Shown here one piece after another: positions 39,391 through 52,416 of a DNA stretch of 64,000 nucleotides. The position numbers and the translations under genes are program-made. Positions within the stretch are counted from its first letter, which is position 1. Each line of letters opens with the position of its first letter. The stretch is taken from the NCBI RefSeq assembly GCF_009914755.1, contig NC_060936.1. One strand, 5' to 3'. Under the pieces are notes generated by a model. That model ran no database searches. It was not told the DNA's origin and was given only the letters and a program-made list of their open reading frames with translations. The stretch comes from the human T2T-CHM13v2.0 reference genome, Homo sapiens.

Positions 39391-40792
39391 TTTTTTTTTT
39401 TATTATTATACTTTAAGTTTTAGGGTACATGTGCACAATGTGCAGTTTAGTTACCTATGTATACATGTGACATGCTGGTGCACTGCACCCACTAACTTGT
39501 CATCTAGCATTAGGTATATCTCCCAATGCTATCCCTCCCCCCTCCTCCCACCCCACAACAGTCCCCAGAGTGTGATGTTCCCCCTCCTGTGTCCATGTGT
39601 TCCCATTGTTCAGTTCTCACCTATGAGTGAGAATATGAGGTGTTTGGTTTTTTGTTCTTGCGATAGTTTACTGAGAATGATGATTTCCAATTTCATCCAT
39701 GTCCCTACAAAGGACACTGGGCAGAAACTCTACAAGCCAGAAGAGAGTGGGGGCCAATATTCAACATTCTTAAAGAAAAGAATTTTCAACCCAGAATTTC
39801 ATATCCAGCCAAACTAGGCTTCATAAGTGAAGGAGAAATAAAATACTTTACAGACAAGCAAATGCTGAGAGATTTTGTCACCACCAGGCCTGCCCTAAAA
39901 GAGCTCCTGAAAGAAGCACTAAACATGGAAAGGAACAACCGGTACCAGCCGCTGCAAAATCATGCCAAAATGTAAAGACCATCGAGACTAGGAAGAAACT
40001 GCATCAACTAATGAGCAAAATAACCAACTAGCATCATAATGACAGGTTTAAATTCATACATAACAATATTAACTTTAAATGTAAATGAACTAAATGCTCC
40101 AATTAAAAGACACAGACTGGCAAATTGGATAAAGAGTCAAGACCCATCAGTGTGTTGTATTCAGGAAACCCGTCTCACATGCAGCAACAAACATAGGCTC
40201 AAAATAAAAGGATAGAGGAAGATCTACCAAGCAAATGGAAAACAAAAAAAGGCAGGGGTTGCAATCCTAGTCTCTGATAAAACAGACTTTAAACCAACAA
40301 AGATCAAAAGAGACAAAGGCCATTACATAATGGTAAAGGGATTAATTCAACAAGAAGAGCTAACTATCCTAAATATATATGCACCCAATACAGGAGCACC
40401 CAGATTCATAAAGCAAGTCCTGAGTGACCTACAAAGAGACTTAGACTCCCACACATTAATAATGGGAGACTTTAACACCCCACTGTCAACATTAGACAGA
40501 TCAACGAGACAGAAAGTCAACAAGGATACCCAGGAATTGAACTCAGCTCTGTACCAAGCGGACCTAATAGACATCTACAGAACTCTCCACTCCAAATCAA
40601 CAGAATATACATTTTTTTCAGCACCACACCACACCTATTCCAAAATTGACCACACAGTTGGAAGTAAAGCTCTCCTCAGCAAATGTAAAAGAACAGAAAT
40701 TATAACAAACTATCTCTCAGACCACAGTGCAATCAAACTAGAACTCAGGACTAAGAAACTCACTCAAAACTACTCAACTACATGGAAACTGA
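39391..40792 (-). mobile_element. L1PA2-like element with 5' inversion: 3' end on the minus strand (39391-39716), late ORF1 to ORF2 EN segment on the plus strand (39717-40792)
   Basis: poly(T) plus catctagcattaggtatatctcccaatgct (L1PA2-type 3' UTR). ORF 40330-40857 is the EN domain. Flanked by gactttcactttt / gactctcactttt. Confidence 0.9.
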
Positions 40793-40972
40793 CTCTCACT
40801 TTTAAGATAACTAAAGTAGTAAGGCATCTTTTACTACTGTTTGTAAGAGAAAAATAAGATATTAAGACATTGGAGGGCAGAAGTTTGATCAGATGAACTC
40901 AGAAGCATTGATACAAAATTTGCATAGCTTTTGAGTATACAATGTTAAATGTTTATGCTAAGTAACATGTAA

Positions 40973-41285
<313 letters not shown>

Positions 41286-42176
41286 AATGCTTGATTTTTT
41301 AATTTGCACCACTGAGACTTTTGAATATACTTTCTGCTGCCTTTCTCTTCACTGTATTCACTTGATACTTGTGATGAGAACTGAGAAATTCTGAAATGTG
41401 ATATTCCAGCTGAAACGTTCTGGTTACAGGTGATCAGATTTTAAAAATTCAGGCAGCTCCCAATTAATTCCCTGAAATTAAGTCTAGATCCACAATACTC
41501 AGAATATTTGGTTTTTAAGCAACCTGTTTTCCAACTAGCCTAAAATATGATACCAAATTAATGTAGGTTTAATCTCATTGTTGTAGTCATCACACTGGCT
41601 CTTCAGTCACTAAAGTGAAAAATATTTTCTTAGTTGTTCTTCATCTGGCCAGTCATTCATTTTGACCTAACGTGGGTGTCCTTTGATCAAGATATGCTAT
41701 AAGTAGCACAGTATGAATGTATCTATAATAAGTCTGTGGGGTTATCCGTTGGCATCAGCATTTTCTGGCAAATGGAGTAAATCCTTCATGCATTTTTTTT
41801 CTGAGTTTTAGATGTTCATGATATTGATTTTTTAACTTGTCTATATAGTAAGGACTTTTTTCACACACAAGAGTACCTTTAAAACCACTAAATTCAGTAT
41901 GCAATATTTTGAGTGATCTGAAATCATTCACTGGGCTGATAATAAAACCATATCGTTTCATTGCCATCATTTTAAAGTGATATTCTTGAGTCTTAACAAA
42001 ATATTTCAACAATTTTAGATTCGTGTGTGTGTGTGTTTGTGTGTGAATGCCTGAACCTTGTCTATAGGCACTAAGTTTCTTTATAGGAAACATTATAATA
42101 TATATTATATCTATATTTATAATAATATATATAAACATAATAATCATAATAGAAATGAGTTAAGGCTACTTAGTAG

Positions 42177-42594
<418 letters not shown>

Positions 42595-43136
42595 ACATCT
42601 TTTATAATGTTACTATTTCTTCATTCAAAACATATTATGACTTGTAAGTATGCAAAAGCTGTCATTAGATTGCCATTTTGTCCTAATACCAACCCATTGT
42701 CCCATGCCTTTATGCTTGGACTTCCATCAGTCAGATATTCAAAGAAATATGAAGCATGATTCTCTCTTATTTAGAACACAATGTTTGATATTAATCAATT
42801 AGAACAAGATAATGTTTTAAATGAGAATCAACTGGCTGTTATTTGTGTCCTGAAGAAACAGGGAATGAAACTACAGTACAGTTTTCTAATTGGCTGTGTT
42901 CTAGGTTCTAAGCTAAACATTTTACTTTTTTTACTTGTTTACTCCTCATAAATGCCATGCAACGTTATATAATTCCAATTTTATAATTAGAAAAATAAAC
43001 TTTGGAGAGTTAAGGCAATCTTCTCATGCTTTATCAACTGCATCCTTATAAAATGTCTTAGAGTTGAATTTATATATACATCTTCCAATTATGACAGGTC
43101 GCACTCAACTTTTGGGGAAAAGTCACTGGCAGAGGC

Positions 43137-43717
43137 TAAACGCATCCCTGTGAATTTTATAAGATTAACAGGGAAGAAGAGAGGGGAGAAATGAAAATAT
43201 GCCCAGCCTGAGCACATTTATCATTCATCATGAGGTCAGCCGGCTCTCTGACCTGCTACCTCAGAGTGGTTTGCTGCCTAGCACCTCAGAATCATGTAGA
43301 CCCTGTCATATGATTAGAGTTCCCCTAACCACCCTATAGATAATAGCTTAAGCATTGTGAAATGTTGTTTGCCCTTTGAGCTATTCTTTCAGGTCCTGCA
43401 TACCACTCACATCAACTGATCTGAAGGACCCAAAGAGGAGCTGACTCACCAAAGAATGCAGTTTCTACATCCTAATGATTTCATCCTTCTTACCCTAACC
43501 AAGCAACGACCCCAGTTTTCCAGCCCCTTGCCTTCCATGATCCCCTTAGCGATCCTAGCCCGGATCTCCTAGGAGAGATCGATTTCAAGGGTCCCTCCCA
43601 TCTCCTCGTTTGGCTGCCCTGTGATCCTTAACCTGTTTCTCCTCTGCAAACCCTGAGGTCTTGCTGTACTGGTCTGTTATTGCACAGTGGGCATATGAAC
43701 CCATTGATCTTGTAACA
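43137..43717 (+). mobile_element. ERV1 solo LTR, LTR26-like
   Basis: cagggaagaagagaggggagaaatgaaaat...gaatcatgtagaccctg...ttctttcaggtcctgcatacca; ends tgtaaca. Possible 4-bp TSD aggc/aggt. Confidence 0.75.
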
Positions 43718-44378
43718 AGGTGTACAGCAAATTTTCCACATACCTAATTTTAAACTTCTCACACAAACATCAGTTACATCTATATGTCAAGTAACATCAA
43801 GATGAATTATATATCAGTCAGTGCTCTTAACATAATTATCAACAGACTTCTTAATTAACCTGCCAATTCTCTCCAAACTAAAGTTCACTTTGGCTTTATC
43901 TATGAGAGTAGGTTAAGCACTTTTTCTTCCATTGAGTTTTTATTGGCTGTATTGCCTGCAGGGTCATATAGCCCAGGGGAGTACTGCAGCACACACACAA
44001 GTGAGAACTTAAAATGTACTTTTTTTGTGACACTTCAGCACTTCATACACAGTTGAGATAGTTGTTTCAATAATGTAAGCTTTCTTTACCTATTACACGG
44101 ATCACCCATGTTAAGCTACTCTTCTGTTTATTGAGTTTGATTTACTGTCAAAGACTCTGAATGTGGAAATAAACCACAGGAATCAATTGAAAATGGGGGA
44201 AAGAAAGATCATCTCTAACTTCCCCTCCCAATTCTAACAGACAGGAGCTCTTTAATGCCACCTCTAGGATAATTCCCTATGCAGCATCATAATGAAGACT
44301 TATAACTAGAAATATACAATGTAAGAGAACAATGGAAGCTACCAATTAGGGAACACTCATTATGAGACAAAACTATGC

Positions 44379-44575
44379 CAGGAGTCAGCATACTTTTTCT
44401 GAAAAGGGCCAAATAGCAAGTATTTTAGGCATTACAAGCTATATGGTCTCTTTAGAAACTACTCAGCCCTGCCATTATGACATTGAAGCAGGTTTTGAAA
44501 AACATAAACAAATGAGAATGGTTTTATTTTAATAACATTTTCAGTATAAAAACCTGCATTTGGCTGGGGCCTCGC
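44379..44575 (+). mobile_element. MER58-like hAT-Charlie MITE within a MIR fragment
   Basis: caggagtcagcatactttttctgaaaagggccaaatagcaagtattttaggc...actactcagccctgcc. Confidence 0.75.
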
Positions 44576-44689
44576 AAATGATATGTATGTTTTCTATAGT
44601 CGCTATGACAAACATCAAAGAAAGGCATTATTTAATTCTGTAGATGAGGAAACTGGGATTCAAAGAGATTTTGTATACATCAGATCTAA

Positions 44690-45070
44690 CTGGGAAAACA
44701 GAACTGACCACCAGTAATTCGGTAGAGGGCATTTGATACAAAGCACCAGTTAAAAGGATGTTAGAAGTGCTAAGTGCCAAAGAGGGTATAGTAAGACAAC
44801 CCCAAGGTTAGCAACAGAAGGAAGTTGCTACCATCCAAAAGGAGGCGGTGGCATTCCTAGAGCCCAGAAGCTGTCCGCCAGGAACCTCACTGGAAAGGTA
44901 TATCCGGAGTCCTGGGATCCTGGAAGAGATGCAGCCCCTTTGGTGATCCAGCAGAAAGGGGAAGACGTGCCCTGTCATCCTGCTTCCTGCCCCCAAATTT
45001 CCCACCACAGTGGTGGATCTTAGCTGAATTTTAGTTTGCAGATAACAGCTTCTTGAAGTACAGAGCACAA
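44690..45070 (-). mobile_element. Probable old ERVL LTR (LTR33/LTR16-like)
   Basis: ttagcaacagaaggaagttgctaccatcc is a reverse-complement match to ggtggcaatgacttcccactgttgctaa in the LTR33 copy at ~56277-56304. Confidence 0.45.
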
Positions 45071-45993
45071 CAGGGAATTTATCTCAGAGCACACAAAAAA
45101 GATCAAGTCATAGTAACATTGTCATGATTAGAATCTCGACCTGTCTCCTTCAACTGCCATGCATTTTCACTGTACAACAGTGTAAGTAGAGTTTGCCTCT
45201 TATCTTTTCTTCTCACATTTTACAAATGTGATATTTCTTAGGCTCAAAAATATAGCTCTTGAAATTTCTAGCTTTACTCTACAGCACTCAACATTCTCTT
45301 TCTGTAAAAAAAACGAAACAGTGTTGTCCATATCCACAGAAAAGTGAAGGTAGTTATGTTAATTTGCCAATGACTTATTTCACAGTGTTGAAAAGAATGT
45401 GTTTACAAAAATTTTAGCTGGTTTTCTATGTTATTTATTTAAACCTTCATATGGGATACACATGAGGACCATCCTAATTTTATTTGAGTATTAAGATGGT
45501 AGATTTTTATTCCTCTTAAACCTAGTTTCACAAGATTATTTTCAGGATAGATAGTAAAACAGTCGTTGGTAGTTTGACAACCTTAGTAGTATCTACAAAC
45601 ATTACTCAAAAGATAACCTGTCTTGCTGTTTGCTAAAGTCACTTTGAACATATGCAGGCTATATGATAGCTGGCAGAATGGTTAATTTTAAAGCTCCATA
45701 GGGGGTTACAAGAAGGCAAGATGGACAATAAATTGAGATGCCCAGAAATTATCATTTACTCCAAGATTCTCTACCCTCTTGGGGAAACTTTTCAGTTACA
45801 TTTCAACATGGAAATTTTTCCTCACCCGAAGATCCAGAGTTAGAATCAATAACATCATGAACAGACCAAGCAAATCAGTGAAAGCTTTTCAAAGAGATGG
45901 TAAAGAAAGCTATGGCACCACACAGACGGTGTGAGCGGTCCTCCCTCACACCAAAAAAAAAAAAAAAGAGGCAACAGGAATTTGCAGAATGTA

Positions 45994-47057
45994 CAGTTGA
46001 CCCTTGAACAACATAGGTTTGAACTACATGGATCCACTTATACACAGACTTTTTCAATAAATATGTTGGAAAAAATTTTAGAGATTTGAGACAGTTTGAA
46101 AAAACTCACAGATGAACTACATAGCCTAGAAATATTTTTTTAAAATAAGAAAATGTCGAGTATGTCATGAATATATAAAATATATGTAGCTTCCAGTCTC
46201 ATCATTTGCTACCATAAAACACACACAAATCTATTATAAAAAGTTAAAATGTACCAAAACTTACATACCTAAACACACACTGTAATGGTGCCATTTGCAA
46301 TCGAGAGAAATGTAAACAAATGTAAAGATATATTATGAAATTGTAACTGCATTAAATGAACGGTAGTACACATAATGTACTACTGGAATAACTTTGTAGC
46401 CACCTCTTGTTACTATGGTGGTGAGCTCAAGTGTTGCCAGTGTCCGCTTAAGCCATGCTGTGACGCTAATCATCTCTGAGTAAGCAGTTGTCTCTGCAGT
46501 AAATTGCGTGTCACAGTAAAAAGTGATCTCTCGTGGTTCTCGAGTATTTTTCATTGTGTTCGGTGCAAAACAGTAAACCTTGAATAACACCATGGTGGGA
46601 CCCATACGAAGTGCCACTAATGATGCTGGAAATATTCCCAAGAAGCAGAAAAAAGTCATGACATTACAAGAAACAGTTGAATTGCTTGATATGTACCACA
46701 GATTGAGGTCTGCAGCTGCAGTTGCCCGCCATTTGAGAAGGACAATTCATCTTGTAAACTGATGATGTAAACTTAAGGTATCATATATACAGTATAGTAC
46801 TGTGAATGTGTTTTCTCTTCCTTATGATTTTCTTAATAACATTTTGTTTCCTCTAGCTCCCTTATTACAAGAATACAGCATATAATACATATAGCATAAA
46901 AAACATGTGTTAACTGACTGTTTATGTTATCTGAGAGGCTTCCTATCAACAGTAGGCTACTAATAGTTAGATTTGGGGGGAGTGAAAAGTTACATGTGGA
47001 TTTTTGATGGCATGGGGGTTGGCACCCCTAATCCCCACAGTGTTCAAGGATCAACTG
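45994..47057 (+). mobile_element. Tigger2b-like TcMar DNA transposon (non-autonomous), intact ends
   Basis: TIRs cagttgacccttgaaca / tgttcaaggatcaactg flanked by TA duplications; ~1.06 kb. ORF 46580-46762 (KKQKKVMTLQETVELLDMYHRLRSAAAVARH) is a remnant of the transposase N-terminal HTH. Confidence 0.9.
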
Positions 47058-47589
47058 TACTTAAAATGGAAGCCTGTCACTTAAATGTAAGTATAATTAA
47101 AAATCTATAATCTGAATTCAGAATTTGAATTTTAAACAATTGCAGATGGGAAGACTAAGAGTTCTCTGTGGTTGGAATTCTAACTCCAGTAACAAAATGC
47201 AATAATCGCTCCACAGACATGGAAACAAAGAGGAGGCCCAGGGGACATTTCAAACTTACACCCTAAGAGAAGACACTTGCTTTAGCTACACTCACCTTTA
47301 TGCCACATCCACCACTTCCTGAGGAGAAATTAAACAGAACTACACCATCTATTATTTACAATCAGCTATGTATTTATTTCCTTTTAGATGTTCTGAATAA
47401 GTGACAGAATTTAGTTCTCATTTCAAACTCTGGCTACCTCTATTCTGAGTGGAGACCCTGAAATTTTCCCATAGTCCTGAATTAAAAGAAGAAATGTAAT
47501 TGCTACTGAAGGATAATATTTGGTTGTATCCAACTGGCAATTGCTCTTGAGTTTCTGTGCCCAGTGCGCTGATCAAGGGAACTGAATAA

Positions 47590-48005
47590 TGTAGTCAGGA
47601 AAGGCAGGTGCTCTGGGTGCATGGGTTTGAATCCTACTCTGCCACTGACTAACTACAGGCATTTAATTAATCCAACTTCTTTGTGTCCTCTGTGCCTCAG
47701 TTCTCTCATCTATAAAATGAGGCTAATAATAGTACCTTCCCATATTGTTGTAAGAGTGAACCAAGTAAAGCATTCTGATACAGTGCTTCTCAAATTTTAA
47801 TGTTCTTTACAAATCACTTGGGAATCATGTTGAAATGCAAATTCTCTTTCAGTAAGTCTAGGGGGAGGACTGAAATTCTGCATTTTTTAACAAGCTCTAG
47901 ATAATGCTGAAGGTGTTCATCTGTGAATCACACTTAGAGTAGCAAGGTGTCATAAAAGTGCCTGGCACATAATAAAAGTTAAATAAGTGCTATGTACAGT
48001 ATTAT
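47590..48005 (+). mobile_element. MIR interrupted by MER5
   Basis: gggtttgaatcctactctgccact...tgtgcctcagttctctcatctataaaatgagg; resumes gtgcctggcacataa. Confidence 0.75.
47781..47947. mobile_element. MER5A/B hAT-Charlie MITE
   Basis: cagtgcttctcaaatttt...aatcacttgggaatc...ctgcattttttaacaagctc...cacacttagagtagcaagg. Confidence 0.75.
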
Positions 48006-48879
48006 TATTTCACAACATCCACTGTAGAACCGTGGCTTACTATATCTCATCCTATCTGGCTGTCATATACTACATGCATTATGTTGCAGTACTATCTTCA
48101 AGAGTAATTGTTACCTTTTTCTTCTACTGGCCTGCCTTAGTTGCCCCACGCTGAGTTGTTTTATTTTTGCTGATCCTTCGTTTTCCTTACCACATCTACT
48201 GAAAAGGTCTTTCTCTAGTTTCTCAGTTATTATAGAACATATTTTTTCTAATACTTTTGCAAAATGACCATGTATCATCTTTCGACAACTTTCATACCGT
48301 GTTAATATCTTTCTCTCCAAATAGATTGCACTTCTCCTGTCTCATCAGCCTTCCGTATCAACCCCTTTTCCTAAGCTAATGCTCTGTGTGTCTTAAGTGC
48401 TCAATTAATGTGTTTGATCATTTGGAGTTGGAGAAGCCGTTGCTCATCCATACTTTCTTCTTTCTAAGGTGAGCCCACAAAGGTTGGGATATGAGATCCT
48501 CTTTCTTTGTACAATTCCTGGGATATCTGGCTTACTACATTTATTTTTCTAATCCAATTTGAGACAGAGATGCACAACATGTTTATTTCCATTAGAAGGG
48601 AGGGCAATATGAATAGATTCCTTCCAAATATCTATTAGCACTGTCAAAATCTTTAAGGCTGCATGTAAAAGATTTGAGGCTAAAAGTCATATATATATTT
48701 TCAAATATTCTGAGTGTCACTTGTGCATCACAAATTCTTCTCATAAACGTTTTTTATGTTTACCGTCTCTGCTAAAAATTTTAACTTGCTTCATGTATGT
48801 GTCTGTGCTGGTGGTTGGATAATTTTAAAAGAGATTCTTCTGATTTGAATGGAGTCTTTTTGGTAATTTCAACTTTATA

Positions 48880-49090
48880 GGTCTAAACAGAAGAGAACAT
48901 AAAGACGCAGACTTCACATTCAGGAAGACCTAGGTTTTAATCCCATCTCCACTACTTCCTGACTCTGTGACTTAACAAGATACCTAAATTTTTTGTTCCT
49001 TAGGTTCCTCATTAACTAAATTAGAGTAACTAATAATTTTTGTATATTTGTCCAGTGTCTGGCACAACAAAAGTGATCAATGAATCTGAG
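48880..49090 (+). mobile_element. MIR SINE
   Basis: caggaagacctaggttttaatcccatctccactact...ctgtgactt...gtgtctggcaca. Confidence 0.6.
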
Positions 49091-50457
49091 TCATTCTTGA
49101 AGAGAATTATTTTCATCTTTATGAAAGTCAACCTGAAGTTTATGATAATCAAGTTCTTCCATAAATGTCATTCAGTATAGTCATTCTTCTCCTCTTTTAT
49201 GAAGCTTCTTCTCCATAAATCAGAGCTTCACTCAAAAACACATAATTTACGGACCAATAAGGACTTCTTGAATGCCAAATCAATTGAGAGGTTAGCACAA
49301 TATGGGCACCATGAGTTGAATCAGAGGGAGTACAAGGAAGATTCATGTCCTAATTTTATAATAATCCCCTAAGATTGAGTTATTATGTTGTTTTATTCTG
49401 AAGAGTTGTTTCTTTGCCTTGTTTTCTTTTTTAAAAGATCAGGAATATTAAGATTGTTTGTCTTCAATTTTGGTCAATCAAAAGAATGAAGATAGGAAGA
49501 AATAAATAAAGGGAGAATAGCAACAACAGAAGTCAGGGAGGCAGGGAGAGAGGGACAGTAGAGAAGGAGAGAAACCAATTGTGTTAAGAAGAAACTGAAA
49601 TAAGCAGTCAGGTGAAATCTCTCTAGAGGAAGAACAAATGAGCACAACTTGACTTTCATGTAACCCTTAATCTATTTAGAGAAGGAAGAATTGGGAAATG
49701 AAGTACTTCTCAGCAGTAGTTTAAGTGAAGAACTAAAATTAATTTACTTGATTTTCAAGCTATGAGACTTGTTTATACTCTATAGAAACCACAATTTCAC
49801 ACTCCTAGATTCTAGTACAATGTTGACAAAACAACTTCCTTGAAAAATCAGGCAAACTACTCACCACCAACTGTATTGCATGGAAGATGTCTTTATTGTG
49901 TGAAATAATCACCCTTCTACTAATTGAATAAAGCAAACTCCTTTAGAACCCAGAAAAGGATATTTGAAAGATGATGGACATGGTTACTAGGGTCTTAATT
50001 GAAAAGAATTGTTATTACTTCACATTAATTTAAACAGTAAAAACTGTGAGAACTCTATCAATACAATTGAATAGTTACATTGAGCCAACTTTGTTTTAAA
50101 TGTCAATGGTCTAAAAACCTTCAGGCTAAATAAAGAAGAACAAACTTTTAAAGCAAGAATGCAATTTTTATTTGAATTATTGGAATACTAAATGGATACT
50201 ATTGATGCAATTTAATCCAAAAGCAAAATTATTGTAAACAAATCCAAAAATGAAATTATTGTAAACAACTATAGCCAAGATTTTTACTCAGAAAAACTGA
50301 CCTCAAGAAAAAAATAAATTTAAAACATGTTGTATGCCAGATAATGTTCTGCTGTATTTGTATTGATAAATGTATATGAAATCATTTTTTGTATGATAAA
50401 AAACTAATGCAAAGGAGCTGGATCATGAGTTGCTGCAAAATCTCTATGTATTACCGT

Positions 50458-50925
50458 TGTATCAGCTAGGTACTGCCAGAACAAAGCTACATAACAAACA
50501 AACAAAAATCTCAGTGGCATATTAGTATAGACATTTTTGAAGGTAATATATCTGTGGGTAGGGAGGAAGTTTATTGACCCAGGCTGGGCTCGGCTGGGTG
50601 CCTCTCATTCAAGTTGGGCGTGGTTACCTGCTGGGGTTTCTGCTTAGATTTGCTTCGCGTGTGTTTATGCTTGAATTCGTGTTGACAAGGCAGCAGCTAA
50701 TGAGAGGAAACTCCTCTCATGTCAATGGCAGACAGCACAAGAGGACAAGTAGAAACAGTCAAGGTATCTTAAGGTCTGGTCATGCAATTTGCATACCCCT
50801 CACTGCTACCCCATTCAACTGGCCATAGCAGAAAAATTGTGGGAAGATCTGCAAAATCACATAGCAAAGAGCATGGTTATAGGAAGGGCCTTTAATTACG
50901 GCCTGTTATGCAGCCCAACACCACA
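50458..50925 (-). mobile_element. Old MaLR LTR (MLT1H/I-like)
   Basis: tgtatcagctagg...ataacaaac...aaaatctcagtggc; ctgcaaaatcacatagcaaagagcatgg; ends ccaca. Confidence 0.65.
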
Positions 50926-51927
50926 ACCATCTTCATATAAAACAATACCATTGTTAATCACAGGAAGGACCACAAAGGACAATTATAAATCTATAAACAT
51001 TTCCAAACAGATATCTGAATGGAAGTTGTCTGACTGGAAGAAGACCTAGTTAGAGAAATTTACTGTGGTATATCAGTGAGGAAAAAAGTAAGGTAAAGTC
51101 TCAACTCAAATAACTGAAGAATGATACAGTTAATATCTACTAGAAAGCTCAATATTTAAAAAGCAAGAATGTTAAAAATTGAATTTGGAAAAGGATCTAT
51201 TCTACAGCAAATTTTAAAATCCAGGATTTTCTGTTCTTTCTCTTTCTCAAATAAGAAGGGAAAACAATGCAATATTGAAAATATGCTTTATTCTTTCATG
51301 TTATATATATACACATATAAATATTTCATGCATATATGTTATATATATATACACAACACATATGAATGTGTCAATGTCTCAATTTAAAAATGCAGTTAGA
51401 TGATGATCTACCATTGAATGTTATATTGATATAATCACTACAGTTGGAAGGTGCTGGATGTCACAGTGAGGCTCAGATGGTACCATAAGCCAGGGAAGAA
51501 AGTGTGTGTTAACTCTGCTCCGTATATTATCTACTTCCCTTTGGGGTTTTTAACGGAGAGAGCCAAACTCAGCTACCATTTCGCTAGATGAAGAGGCCCT
51601 AAAAACTGGGATGGTGACATCTGAACAGTTTTCGGTGAAGTTTAAAGAGTTGAACTCACAAATTCCTCTGAGCTTCCCTTCCTGGCAGAAGCAGCCCCTG
51701 TTCCACTATCTGAATCTAACCTCCCCTTGCCTAAAGACCTGTAATGACTTCTTATGAAGGTGTGGCTTTGAAAATAACTGCTGGTCCTTCCTATGACCCA
51801 TATCTCCTGCTTCTCAATGTCTCTAGACTCAGATCTAATTAGATCAGAAGTACAAAGTGTGAACAGGAGGTGATACCACAGACACCAAGAGAATTTCAAG
51901 ATTTTGCCAATTATTCCTGAGGAATAC

Positions 51928-51977
51928 GTGTGTGTGTGTGTGTGTGTGTGTGTGTCTGTGTGTGTGTGTGTGTGTGT
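51928..51977. repeat. (GT)n microsatellite, ~25 units with one interruption
   Basis: Directly visible. Confidence 0.95.
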
Positions 51978-52195
51978 AGGTTCTAAAGATGATAGAACAG
52001 AATGACAAATAATGTGATATTTGATCTGGTTGAATTTATTGTTATTGGTACATTAACCAGAGATTGGTAATTCAAAGGGGGATGATAGTAATTTTATCAA
52101 TTTACTTGAATGACTAACATAAACCTGAACCCACAGTACCCAACAATAAATGAAGTATAAATGCCCGAACTTCCTTTGTATACTGTAGAATGGAC

Positions 52196-52416
52196 ACAGA
52201 TCAACAAAATGTAATTCATGGACCAAATCCAGCCTGCAAACTGTTTTAGTAAATAGAGTTTTATTGCCACACAGCTATACTTGCTATTTTATGTATTGTC
52301 TTTGGCAACTTCCATACCAAAACCACAGAGGTGGGTAGTTATGACACAGATCATATTACCCACAGTGCCGAATTTTTCTTATGTGGCCCTTTAATGAAAG
52401 TGTTTGCTGACCCCTG
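52196..52416 (-). mobile_element. MER58-like MITE nested in the ERVL internal sequence
   Basis: ccaaatccagcctgc...ttttattgccacacagcta...gtagttatgacacaga...tttgctgacccctg terminal repeat. Confidence 0.75.

Noticed and set aside
48111-48320. 69-aa minus-strand ORF ending near a donor-like aag|gtaac
   Set aside because: No recognisable domain, non-ATG start, no clear acceptor, and the sequence resembles decayed L2.
50782-50794. Near-palindrome atgcaatttgcat containing an octamer (ATTTGCAT)
   Set aside because: An 8-mer like this is expected several times by chance in 64 kb of AT-rich DNA, and it sits in an old MLT1 LTR with no supporting context.
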